Part shown: positions 10,451-19,278 of the stretch, piece after piece
Numbering within the stretch: position 1 is the first letter of the stretch
How the letters are laid out: each line of letters opens with the position of its first letter
From: Candidatus Krumholzibacteriia bacterium
GTDB taxonomy: Bacteria; Krumholzibacteriota; Krumholzibacteriia; JAJRXK01
Direction: 5' to 3'
Assembly: GCA_041484665.1 (NCBI GenBank)
Contig: JBGPIA010000009.1
Span: forward strand, 96,001-160,000
Length of the DNA: 64,000 nt
Made by a program: the position numbers and the translations under genes
The notes under the pieces: generated by a model
What the model saw: the letters and a program-made list of their open reading frames with translations, nothing else
The model's database searches: none
What the model was told of the DNA's origin: nothing

Positions 10451-12540
10451 CCGGTGCCGTCCCCGGTCGCTGCCCGGCGCTGCCGCAGCCGGCCGTGCTG
10501 CGGCGCGCGCTCGCCGCGCGTGCCCGCGCGCCCCGGCGCACGCTTGCGCTCGTGCTGGCCGTAGCGCTCAGCGCCGTGCTGCCCTGGGGCGCCTCCACGC
10601 CGGCCCGGGCCCAGGACCGGGTCACGCCACCGCTGATCCATCCGCCACCCGACACTGCCCCAGATCCGGCCGTGCGCGACAAGTTCATGCTGCTGCGGCG
10701 CGTCGAGGGTCTGGTGGGGCAGGGACGGCTGGACGAGGCCGTGGCGCTGCTGGAGGGCGAGCGCGCCAAGGGACCGCTCGACGAGGTGCTCGAGCGCCGG
10801 CTGATCAACCTCTACCGTGACGCCGGGCGCAACGCACAGCTGGAGGCGCTGCTCGGCGAGCGCATCCAGCGCGTCGGCAAGACCCCCGAGCTGCGCGATC
10901 TGCGGCTGTTGGCCGAGTCGCGCTTCGATCTGGGCAAGACGCAGGACGCCATCAAGACGCTCACGCGCATCGTGGACCTCGCGCCCGAGGATCCGGGGGT
11001 GCTGGAGTTGGTGGCCAAGGCGCTCGCCGAGCACGGCGAGCAGCAGCGCGCTGTGCAGCTGTTGCTGGACGCGCGCAAGCGGATCAAGCGCCCTGCAGAG
11101 TTCGCCCAGCAGCTCGGGTCGCTCTACGCACAGTTGGGACGACCGCAGGAGGCCATCAAGGAGTTGCTGGCGGTGGTTGTGGAGTCGCCGGCCAACGTGC
11201 TGCTGCTGCGCGGCCAGATCCTGGAGCTGGCCGACCACAGCATCGAACAGGGTCCGGCGCTGCTGCAGGCGGTGGAGTCCGCCGCCACCCGCCATCCCGA
11301 GGTGAAGCAGCTGGCACTGCTGGTCGCCGAGCTGCGGCTGCGCAGCGCCAACGAGGAGGGCGCCTGGAACGCGCTGGCGCCGCTGGTGCGTGACGGAACG
11401 TTCGCGCCCGAGCTGCTGCAGCTGTCGCTGGCGGCCTTGGGTGACAGCCGGCTAGCCGAGTTGGACCCCGCCCAGCGACTGCGGTCGCTCACCCTGTGCG
11501 AGCGCGTGTTGCGCGGGATGCTCGACACCCAGAAGCTCGGGCCCGGCATCGAGCCGCGCGCGTTCGACGCCCTCAACCGGGTCTACCTGTCGATCCTGGA
11601 GAACGCGGCCTTCCAGGATCTGCCGGCGGTGCGCCAGCAGGCGATGCTCGACGCCGCGCACGCGACGCTGCTGCGCATGGCCAAGCGCAGTCCCGACAAC
11701 CCGATGACCAACGCCGCGCTGCTGCGCCTGGCCCAGTTCTACGTCTCGACGCTGCACCGGCCGCAGGAGGCGATCGAGCTCTACTTGCGCCTGAGCGTCA
11801 GCCCCAACGCCGGGCGCGAGGAGCTCCAGCTCGCCCGCGTGGGGCTGGGCACGGCCTACATGGCCGCGGGCGACACCGCGCGCACGCGGGAGCTGTTCAC
11901 AGCCATGGGCAGGGACATGAGCTTCATGCCGGGACAGGGGCGTGCCCATTACTACCTGGGCATGCTCGACTTCATGGGCGGCCAGTTCAAGACCGCACAG
12001 GACCGGCTGGCCTCGGTCGCGCTGGAGGCCGCCAGCGCCGACTACACCAACGATGCCCTCGACCTGGCGCTGATCCTGGCCGAGGAGCTGCTCGATCATT
12101 CGAGGACCGAGCATCCGGCGCTGACTGCCTACGGGCAGTCCCTCTATTTCAGCGTCGTGGCCCGCCCCGACTCGCTGGAGGCGCGCCTGCGGCAGACCAT
12201 GGCCGCCTCGGCTGGCAACCTGCACGACCGGGCGCGCCTGGATCTCGCCCGGCTGCTCGCGCGCCAAGGGCAGGTGGACAAGGGCCTGGCGGAGATCGAC
12301 GCCCTCGTGAAGGACACTCCGCGGGCGCGCGTCGCCCCCGCTGCCCTGGAGCTCAAGGGAGACCTGCTGCAGAAACGCGGGGACACGGCCGGGGCGCTGG
12401 CGGCGTACGAAGCGGTGCTCACCGGACACGAGGATTATGTCTTCGCGGAAGCCGTACGGGACAAGGCGCGCACGCTGCGCCCGGGAGCCAAGCCCGGGAC
12501 GCCGCCCCCGCCGGCCGCGGTGAAGGGCGAGCTGCCGTGA
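10447..12540 (+). CDS. Exported tetratricopeptide-repeat protein
   Basis: Signal-like segment ending ARAQD; repeated TPR-like helices (AQLGRPQEAIKEL, LGTAYMAAGDTARTRELF, KGDLLQKRGDTAGALAAYE). GTGA overlap with the upstream stop. Confidence 0.8.
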   Translation: MTGAVPGRCPALPQPAVLRRALAARARAPRRTLALVLAVALSAVLPWGASTPARAQDRVTPPLIHPPPDTAPDPAVRDKFMLLRRVEGLVGQGRLDEAVALLEGERAKGPLDEVLERRLINLYRDAGRNAQLEALLGERIQRVGKTPELRDLRLLAESRFDLGKTQDAIKTLTRIVDLAPEDPGVLELVAKALAEHGEQQRAVQLLLDARKRIKRPAEFAQQLGSLYAQLGRPQEAIKELLAVVVESPANVLLLRGQILELADHSIEQGPALLQAVESAATRHPEVKQLALLVAELRLRSANEEGAWNALAPLVRDGTFAPELLQLSLAALGDSRLAELDPAQRLRSLTLCERVLRGMLDTQKLGPGIEPRAFDALNRVYLSILENAAFQDLPAVRQQAMLDAAHATLLRMAKRSPDNPMTNAALLRLAQFYVSTLHRPQEAIELYLRLSVSPNAGREELQLARVGLGTAYMAAGDTARTRELFTAMGRDMSFMPGQGRAHYYLGMLDFMGGQFKTAQDRLASVALEAASADYTNDALDLALILAEELLDHSRTEHPALTAYGQSLYFSVVARPDSLEARLRQTMAASAGNLHDRARLDLARLLARQGQVDKGLAEIDALVKDTPRARVAPAALELKGDLLQKRGDTAGALAAYEAVLTGHEDYVFAEAVRDKARTLRPGAKPGTPPPPAAVKGELP

Positions 12541-13913
12541 TCGCTGGCCACTCCATTCCGTCCGCGGGCTCTCGGGCGCAGAGCACGCTGGCCGTGCAGA
12601 GCACGCTGGCCGTACAGAGCAGGCTGGCCGCGCAGAGCACGCTGAGCGCGCGGAGCATGCTGGGTGCACTGGCGCTGTGCCTGCTGCTGGCCGCGGTGGG
12701 CTCGCCAGCGCTCGCGCAACAGGTGCTGGTGCCCATGGATAGCGCGCAAACCAATCACCTCAAGGCCTACGGGCTGGCGTTCAAGGCGCTCAAGATGGGG
12801 CAGCGCGTGAGCTGGCTGCTCAACTACCGCGGCGGCAGCTTCCTCATGCCCAGCTCCACGGCCCTCGATCTGGAAGCGCGCCTGATGGGTGTGACCACGC
12901 AATCCGCGTCCGCGGGCGACCTCGCGAAGATCCGCGAGACGATCGCGCACGAGAACATGGAGGAGGTCCTGCTGGAGGTGCCTCCACGCGTCGCCATCTA
13001 CGCGCCGCCTGAGTTCCAGCCCTGGGACGACGCGGTGGCGCTGGCGCTCACCTACGCCGAGATCGCCTACGACACCGTCTACGATCAGGATGTGCTGGCA
13101 GGCCGGTTGCAGGACTACGACTGGCTCCACCTGCACCACGAGGACTTCACGGGCCAGTACGGGAAGTTCTACGCCCACTTCCGCAACTTCGACTGGTACA
13201 TCCAGCAGCAGAAGATGGAGGAGGCGCTGGCGGCCTCGCTGGGCTTCCCCACGGTCCGCCAGCTGAAGGGCGCCGTCGCGCTGACCATCAAGGAGTTCGT
13301 GCTGGGCGGCGGCTTCCTGTTCGCCATGTGCTCGGCCACCGACACGTTCGACATCGCCCTCGCCGGACTCGGCGTCGACTTCGTCGAGCGGGAGTTCGAC
13401 GGCAGCCCAGCCGATCCCCAGGCACAGGAAAAACTCGACTTCTCCAAGTGCCTCGCATTCAAGGACTTCAAGATCCTCGTCGATCCCATGGCCTATGAAT
13501 TCTCCGACATCGACACCAGCGACTACGCACGCCTGCGGGGTCCGGAAGCCGACTACTTCACGCTGTTCGAGTTCTCCGCCAAGATCGATCCCGTGCCCAC
13601 CATGCTGGTGCAGTGCCATCGCAACGTGATCAACGGCTTCATGGGGCAGACCACCGGCTTCTACAAACGCGTGTTGAAGGACTACGTGGTGATCCTGGCG
13701 CAGGTGGAAGGGACCGATGAGATCAAGTATCTCCACGGCAGCGCCGGGCGCGGCACGTTCACCTTCTACGGCGGCCACGACCCCGAGGACTACACGCACG
13801 CCGTGGGGGACCCCCCGACCGATCTTGAGCTCCATCCGAACAGCCCTGGCTACCGTCTGATCCTCAACAACGTGCTGTTCCCGGCGGCCAAGAAGAAGCC
13901 CCAGAAGACCTGA
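12537..13913 (+). CDS. Conserved exported protein of the family often labelled 'asparagine synthetase B' in FCB bacteria; class I glutamine-amidotransferase-like motifs
   Basis: Signal peptide (ALAQ), VPMDSAQTNHLKAYG, WLLNYRGGSF, PWDDAVALALTYAEI, DWLHLHHEDFTGQYGKFY, GGFLFAMCSATDT, GGHDPED, NSPGYRLILNNVLFPAA. GTGA overlap. No true AsnB Ntn or synthetase motifs. Confidence 0.8.
   Translation: MIAGHSIPSAGSRAQSTLAVQSTLAVQSRLAAQSTLSARSMLGALALCLLLAAVGSPALAQQVLVPMDSAQTNHLKAYGLAFKALKMGQRVSWLLNYRGGSFLMPSSTALDLEARLMGVTTQSASAGDLAKIRETIAHENMEEVLLEVPPRVAIYAPPEFQPWDDAVALALTYAEIAYDTVYDQDVLAGRLQDYDWLHLHHEDFTGQYGKFYAHFRNFDWYIQQQKMEEALAASLGFPTVRQLKGAVALTIKEFVLGGGFLFAMCSATDTFDIALAGLGVDFVEREFDGSPADPQAQEKLDFSKCLAFKDFKILVDPMAYEFSDIDTSDYARLRGPEADYFTLFEFSAKIDPVPTMLVQCHRNVINGFMGQTTGFYKRVLKDYVVILAQVEGTDEIKYLHGSAGRGTFTFYGGHDPEDYTHAVGDPPTDLELHPNSPGYRLILNNVLFPAAKKKPQKT
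12578..12667 (+). repeat. 18-bp tandem repeat, 5 degenerate copies (gcagagcacgctggccgt)
   Basis: Read directly; encodes QSTLAV QSTLAV QSRLAA QSTLSA RSMLGA. Confidence 0.85.
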
Positions 13914-13971
13914 GTGCGCCCGCGGCGCCCAACCGCTGCGGCCGGGGCGGCGTGCGCCGCTCCCGCAGGGC

Positions 13972-14000
13972 TTGACCCCTCCTGGGCGCCTCCCGATAAT
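13972..14000 (+). promoter_or_regulatory. Putative sigma70 promoter for the small Zn-ribbon gene
   Basis: TTGACC-N17-GATAAT in an intergenic region. Confidence 0.55.
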
Positions 14001-14172
14001 CGACAGCGTGGAGTGATGCGCGGCGCGCCAGCCGGGCGCGGACGCGCGGGGGCTTCGATCGCCTGCCGTGGCCTTCTATTGCAGTCGTGCGATGGGGAGG
14101 TGGGTCGTGGCGGGGTTCGGTCGGTACGGGAGGAGGTGACCGGCCCGGGAGCGCGCGCTCCCGGACCCTGGC

Positions 14173-14367
14173 ATGACCCCGAGTTCATTTCCCGCCTGCC
14201 TGAAGTGCAACGTCGGAGTGCTGCTGCCGCTCTCGGACTACGGACGGGACGGCGCTCCGATCCAGTGGAAGGCGTGGGTCTGCAGCAACCCGAATTGCGG
14301 ATTCAACATCCGGATCGACAACGGCGAGATCAGCCTGGGCCGTACCATCGCCCAGTCCTCGAAGTAG
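14173..14367 (+). CDS. Small zinc-ribbon-like hypothetical protein (64 aa)
   Basis: CLKC...VCSNPNC cysteine pairs, typical GC3-rich codon usage, upstream AGGAGGT and promoter. Confidence 0.75.
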   Translation: MTPSSFPACLKCNVGVLLPLSDYGRDGAPIQWKAWVCSNPNCGFNIRIDNGEISLGRTIAQSSK

Positions 14368-14431
14368 GACGGCGCGCCCGGAATCGGACCGTGCACTGCA
14401 GCCGCGACCCGCAAGCCACCCCGGGGCGCCA

Positions 14432-15322
14432 TCACCACGCGTCGTGCGCCTGCGTGTCACCGTCGGGATCCTCGCCCGCGTCGTCCTCCCAGGGATGGCA
14501 CCGGCGCAGGCGCAGCCACGCCAAGGTCGCCACCGCGACGCTCACGACCAGCAGCAGCAGACCCCGGTGCCCGTCGGTGAGCGGCTTTCCCTGCCCCCGC
14601 GGGTCCACCGCGAGCGCAACCACCACCACCGCGTTGTAGATCGCATGCACCCACAAGGACGCGAGCAGGCTGCCGGTGATCTCCAACGTCAGCCCCAGCG
14701 CGATGCCCAGGAGCACCAGCCCGCCCAGGAACCACGGCTGAAAGTGCAGCCCGGCGAACAGCAACCCGCACAGCAGCGCCGCGAGCCCACCACCCAGCGG
14801 CCCCCGCGCCGCCTGCTGGATGAGACCACGGAAGACGGTCTCCTCGCCGAGGGGGACCGCGACGCACAGCGCGATCACGGCGAGCACCCATTCCAGGGCG
14901 CTGCGGGGCACCAGCTCAGCGCGCAGCTTCTCGAAGGCCTCCGGCACGGGGATCAGGCGGGCGGTCAGACCGCCGAGGAACTCCACGGGCAGCACCAGCG
15001 CCAGCGCCAGGAGCGTCAGCCAAAGCAGCTGGCTCGCCGGCACGGGCAGCAGCCGGAAGGTCGACCGGGCTCCCTGCCCGGCCACCCTCGCCATGCGCCA
15101 GGGAATGGCGATCAGCGCCACCACGCACGACACGAGCACCGCGCCGTAGAACGAGCCGATCAAGCGGTCCGCCAGGTCCTGGAGCAGGTAGTAGAGCACG
15201 ACCAGCCCCAGCCCCAGCGTCATCAGGCGCAGGGCGTCGACGACCTCGAACAGCCCGCGCGGCGGCGGCGCGGCGGGGGCCGAGCTTGGCTCGTCGGGCA
15301 GCATTGGAGGCGGGCCGTTCAT
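14432..15322 (-). CDS. CPBP (CAAX/Abi) family intramembrane glutamic endopeptidase
   Basis: Multiple TM helices; motifs EETVFRG, FAGLH, HAIYN. Confidence 0.9.
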   Translation of the reverse strand: MNGPPPMLPDEPSSAPAAPPPRGLFEVVDALRLMTLGLGLVVLYYLLQDLADRLIGSFYGAVLVSCVVALIAIPWRMARVAGQGARSTFRLLPVPASQLLWLTLLALALVLPVEFLGGLTARLIPVPEAFEKLRAELVPRSALEWVLAVIALCVAVPLGEETVFRGLIQQAARGPLGGGLAALLCGLLFAGLHFQPWFLGGLVLLGIALGLTLEITGSLLASLWVHAIYNAVVVVALAVDPRGQGKPLTDGHRGLLLLVVSVAVATLAWLRLRRCHPWEDDAGEDPDGDTQAHDAW

Positions 15323-15402
15323 CGCGCTTAGACTGTAGCATGGGCGCCGCGGCCGGCCATCGCAGCGGCGCGCCCGTCGCCTTGACCCCCGGAGCCACCG
15401 CC

Positions 15403-16971
15403 ATGTTCATCGTGGACAGCGAGACGATGCGGCGCGTCGACGCCGCCGCCATCGCCGCGGGCACGCCCTCGCTCACGCTCATGGAGCGCGCCGGGGCGGG
15501 CGCGACGCGCGCGATCCTGCGCCACCCTGCGTGGCTGACCGGTACGACGCTGATCGTGTGCGGCAAGGGCAACAACGGCGGCGACGGGCTGGTGGTGGCG
15601 CGCCTGCTCCAGACCCAAGGGCGGCGGGCGCAGGCCCTGCTCCTGGGCGCGCCGGACCAGCTGTCGCCCGATGCCTTGGTGAACCTGCAACGCGCGCGCG
15701 AGGCGGGGGTCGAGGTCGTGGAGATCGCGGCCGACCCGGCGGCCGGGTTGCGCGCACGGGATGCCGCCGAGCCGGGGCGGCTGCTGGTGGACGCGGTGTT
15801 GGGCACCGGCTTCAAGCCTCCGCTACACGGCGCGCTCTCGCCGCTGGTGGCGGCGATCAACGACCTGGGGCGCCGCGTGGTGGCACTGGACGTGCCCAGC
15901 GGGCTAGATGCGACCACGGGCGCGGCCGACCCTGCGGCCGTGCGCGCCGATTTCACGGTCACCTTTGGCTACGCGAAGTGGGGACTCGTGCTGCCGGTGG
16001 GACGCCGGTTCTGCGGCCGCATCGAGCGTGTCGACCTCGAGCTCCCGCGCGACGTCGTCGTGCAGGAGATCGCCGCAAGCGCGGGCCACACGGCCCTCTA
16101 CGTCGACGCGCTGCTGGCGGCGGGCTGGTGGCGCGAGCGAGCGGTGGACGTCCACAAGTACTCCGTGGGAACGGTGCTGGTGGTGGGCGGATCGGCTACC
16201 ATGTCGGGCGCGGTCAGCCTGGCCTGCCTCGCCGCGCTGCGCGCCGGCGCCGGGCTCACGGTGGCGGCGGTGCCGGGCAGCCAGCGCCTGGCGGTGGACC
16301 TGACCTGCACCGAGGTGCTCGTGCACGGCCTCGCCGAGACCGAAGCGGGCGGCATCTCGCCGTCCGAGCAGGGGCGCATCCTCGCACTGGCGCAACGTCA
16401 CGACGCGGTGCTGGTCGGGCCCGGCGCGGGCGCCGACCTGGCGACCGCGGCCATGCTCGTGGAGCTGTTGGCAGCCCTCGACCGCCCCGCGGTGGTCGAC
16501 GCGGACGCGCTCAACGCCTTCTCGCGCCTGCAGCGCGAGCCGCGCCTCCCGGCGCGCTGTGTGGTCACGCCGCACACCATGGAGCTCTCGCGGCTTTTGA
16601 ACATCGACCGCGCCCGCATCGAGGGCGACCGGGTCGAGGTCGTGCGCGCCGCCGCGCGCGAGCTGCGCGCGGTCGTACTGCACAAGGGCGCGCCGACCAT
16701 GGTCGCCGCGCCCGAAGGCGCTTTCGCCGTGATCGGGGCGGGGGGGCCGGAGCTGGCCTCCCCCGGCACCGGCGACGTGCTCGCGGGGGTGATCACCGCG
16801 CTGTTGGCGGGTGGGCACGATCCGTTCGAGGCCGCGTGCTTGGGCGCCTGGCTACACGGGCGCGCCGGCGAGCGCGTGGCGCAGCGCCTGGGCGACGCGG
16901 GCCTGCTCGCGCGCGATCTGCTCCCGGCAGTGGCGGCCGCGGCGCGCGAGGCGCAGGAGTCCCACCGGTGA
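15403..16971 (+). CDS. nnr: Bifunctional NAD(P)H-hydrate epimerase/dehydratase
   Basis: LMERAG, CGKGNNGGDG, DAVLGTG, DVPSG (YjeF-N); HKY, VDADALN, TPH, GTGDVLAG (carbohydrate-kinase domain). Confidence 0.93.
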   Translation: MFIVDSETMRRVDAAAIAAGTPSLTLMERAGAGATRAILRHPAWLTGTTLIVCGKGNNGGDGLVVARLLQTQGRRAQALLLGAPDQLSPDALVNLQRAREAGVEVVEIAADPAAGLRARDAAEPGRLLVDAVLGTGFKPPLHGALSPLVAAINDLGRRVVALDVPSGLDATTGAADPAAVRADFTVTFGYAKWGLVLPVGRRFCGRIERVDLELPRDVVVQEIAASAGHTALYVDALLAAGWWRERAVDVHKYSVGTVLVVGGSATMSGAVSLACLAALRAGAGLTVAAVPGSQRLAVDLTCTEVLVHGLAETEAGGISPSEQGRILALAQRHDAVLVGPGAGADLATAAMLVELLAALDRPAVVDADALNAFSRLQREPRLPARCVVTPHTMELSRLLNIDRARIEGDRVEVVRAAARELRAVVLHKGAPTMVAAPEGAFAVIGAGGPELASPGTGDVLAGVITALLAGGHDPFEAACLGAWLHGRAGERVAQRLGDAGLLARDLLPAVAAAAREAQESHR

Positions 16972-18011
16972 GGGTGCTGGGACTGGAGACCAGCTGCGAC
17001 GAGACGAGCGTCGCGTGCGTGGACGGTGACGGCGTGCGCGCCAACCTCGTGAGCAGCCAGGTCGACCTCCACGCGCGCTTCGGGGGCGTCGTCCCCGAGC
17101 TGGCGTCCCGGGCACACCTGACGAACCTGCTGCCGGTGCTCGACGCGGCGCTGCGGGCCGCGGGCTGGACCCTGGCCGACGTCGAGGGGATCGCGGCCAC
17201 CGCGGGCCCCGGCTTGATCGGCGCGGTGCTCATGGGCCTGTCCTGCGGCAAGGCGTTGGCGTGGTCGCTGGGCGTGCCGCTGGCGGGCGTGCACCACATC
17301 GAGGGGCATATCCTGGCCAACGACATCGAGACGCCGCTGGCGCTGCCGGCGTTGGTGCTGGTCGTCAGCGGCGGGCACACCGAGACGGTGCTCGTGACGC
17401 GCGTCGGAAGCTACCAGCGATTGGGCACGACGCTGGACGATGCCGCCGGAGAGACGTTTGACAAGACGGCCAAGCTCATGGGGCTGCCGTATCCGGGCGG
17501 CCCGGCCATCGAGCATCTGGCGCGCGAAGGGCGTGCGGGCGCCGTGGAGCTGCCCCGTGCGCTGCGCCAGAGCGGCAACCTGGATTTCAGCTTCAGCGGT
17601 CTGAAAACCGCGGTGCGCCTCAAGCTCGCCGCGCTGGGCGCGGCGCCCCAGCGCGCCCAGCTGGCGGATGTGGCGCGCGGTCTGCAGGACGCCGTGATCG
17701 ACACGCTGCTGGACAAGACGCGGCGGGCGCTTGCGGCGTGCGCGGATCCCAGGCTGTGCCCGCAACCGCTGCGGGGGCTCTACCTGGCGGGCGGGGTGGC
17801 GGCGAACGGGCCGCTGCGCGAGACCATGGCGCAGCTGGCGGGCGAGCGGGACCTCGTGTTCGTCCCGCCGCCGTTGGCCTACTGCACGGACAACGCGGCC
17901 ATGATCGCCTGGGCCGGCCGACGCCGGCTGCTGCTTTGCGGCGGGGACCCCCTGGACCTGCCGGCCTTCGCGCGCGCCGGCCTGGTTTCCTGGGCGGCGC
18001 AGACGCCCTAG
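16968..18011 (+). CDS. tsaD: tRNA N6-adenosine threonylcarbamoyltransferase
   Basis: LGLETSCDETS, GGVVPELASRAH, HHIEGH, VSGGHT, DDAAGETFDK, FSFSGLKT, GGVAAN, CTDNAAMIA. GTGA overlap with nnr. Confidence 0.96.
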   Translation: MRVLGLETSCDETSVACVDGDGVRANLVSSQVDLHARFGGVVPELASRAHLTNLLPVLDAALRAAGWTLADVEGIAATAGPGLIGAVLMGLSCGKALAWSLGVPLAGVHHIEGHILANDIETPLALPALVLVVSGGHTETVLVTRVGSYQRLGTTLDDAAGETFDKTAKLMGLPYPGGPAIEHLAREGRAGAVELPRALRQSGNLDFSFSGLKTAVRLKLAALGAAPQRAQLADVARGLQDAVIDTLLDKTRRALAACADPRLCPQPLRGLYLAGGVAANGPLRETMAQLAGERDLVFVPPPLAYCTDNAAMIAWAGRRRLLLCGGDPLDLPAFARAGLVSWAAQTP

Positions 18012-18269
18012 CCCTCCCCCCCCGCTCGCCGCCGGCAGCGCATCGCCGCCTGGCAAGCAACCTGCTTCCCATCCTCCCCGGCAGTTCCTCCCGCGGGCGC
18101 GGCGGGCCTCCCCAGAGCCGCCCGTCCCCCGGGCCGGGGAATGGTCAGAGCGCTAAGTCGTGATAGTCCAACTATATACGTTTCAAGCAGCGTGCCGACC
18201 CTCCCGGGCGGCGGCGGCGGCGCACCCTGCGGTCCCGCCTCAACCTGCACGGCCAACCGAGGACCGGCC

Positions 18270-19247
18270 TTGAAAGAAACCATTCTCGTCGTCGACGACG
18301 AGCCCCACATCCGGAAGATCCTGAAGTTCCTGCTGGAGCAGAACGACTTCCAGGTGATCACCGCCGCCAATGGCGAGGAGGCCCTGGCCGCAGCCCGCGG
18401 CAACCTGCCCGAGCTGGTGCTGCTGGACCTCATGATGCCCAAGATGGACGGCTTTGAGGTCTGCCGGCGGCTGCGCTCCGATTACCGCACGAGCCAGATC
18501 CCCATCATCATCGTGACGGCCAAGGGTGAGGTCACCGAGCGCGTGCGCGGCCTCAAGGGCGGGGCCAACGACTACCTGACCAAGCCCTACGACCACAACG
18601 AGCTGATCGCGCGCGTGCGCAACATGCTCGATTGGAGCCGGGTGCAGCGGCAGGCCAATCCGCTCACCGGGCTACCGGGCAACCAGGCGATCGAGACCGA
18701 GCTGCAGCGGCGGATCGACAACGGCGAGCCGTTCGCCTTCATGTACATCGACGTCGACAACTTCAAGGGCTACAACGACAACTACGGCTACTCCAAAGGC
18801 GACGAGGCGATCCGCTTCGTGGCCGGCCTGCTGCGCGAGTGCTCCGTGGCCCTGGGCGGCGTCGACACCGACTTCATCGGGCACATCGGCGGCGATGACT
18901 TCGTGGTGATCAGCTCGCCGGCGCACGCCGACGTGCTGGCCCAGAGCATCGTCGACCGCTTCGACCGCGAGTCCTACCGGCTGTTCGAGGCGCACGACCT
19001 CGAGCGCGGTTACCTCGAGGTCCGCAACCGATTCGGCGGGACCAACACGGTCCCATTTATCACCCTCACCATCGCCGTGGTGACCGACCGGGGTGGCACC
19101 TTCCGCCATTGGGCCAAGGTGAGCGACGTTGCCGCGGAGCTGAAGGCCTACGGCAAGTCGCTGAAGGGCTCGGTCGTGGTGAAGGAGCGCCGCAGCCACG
19201 ACGCCACCGACCAGCCGGTCGGCAGTTCGGGAACCGCGGCTTCCTGA
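18270..19247 (+). CDS. Response regulator with a C-terminal GGDEF (GGDDF) diguanylate cyclase domain
   Basis: REC (VVDDE, LLDLMMP, TKPY) followed by NPLTGLPGN, YIDVDNFKGYNDNYG, HIGGDDF. TTG start with GAGGA upstream. Confidence 0.92.
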   Translation: MKETILVVDDEPHIRKILKFLLEQNDFQVITAANGEEALAAARGNLPELVLLDLMMPKMDGFEVCRRLRSDYRTSQIPIIIVTAKGEVTERVRGLKGGANDYLTKPYDHNELIARVRNMLDWSRVQRQANPLTGLPGNQAIETELQRRIDNGEPFAFMYIDVDNFKGYNDNYGYSKGDEAIRFVAGLLRECSVALGGVDTDFIGHIGGDDFVVISSPAHADVLAQSIVDRFDRESYRLFEAHDLERGYLEVRNRFGGTNTVPFITLTIAVVTDRGGTFRHWAKVSDVAAELKAYGKSLKGSVVVKERRSHDATDQPVGSSGTAAS

Positions 19248-19278
19248 GCGCGCCGCGCCTTGGGGTGGGAGGAGATCC

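Noticed and set aside
11496..12536. Long N-terminal extension of the 805-aa ORF
   Set aside because: Alternative frame overlapping the TPR gene. The credible gene starts at GTG 12537 or later. The same applies to the long upstream extensions of the tsaD and murA ORFs.
12578..12667. Possible CRISPR array (also considered for 50742-50808)
   Set aside because: Units are contiguous with no unique spacers, and there are no cas genes.
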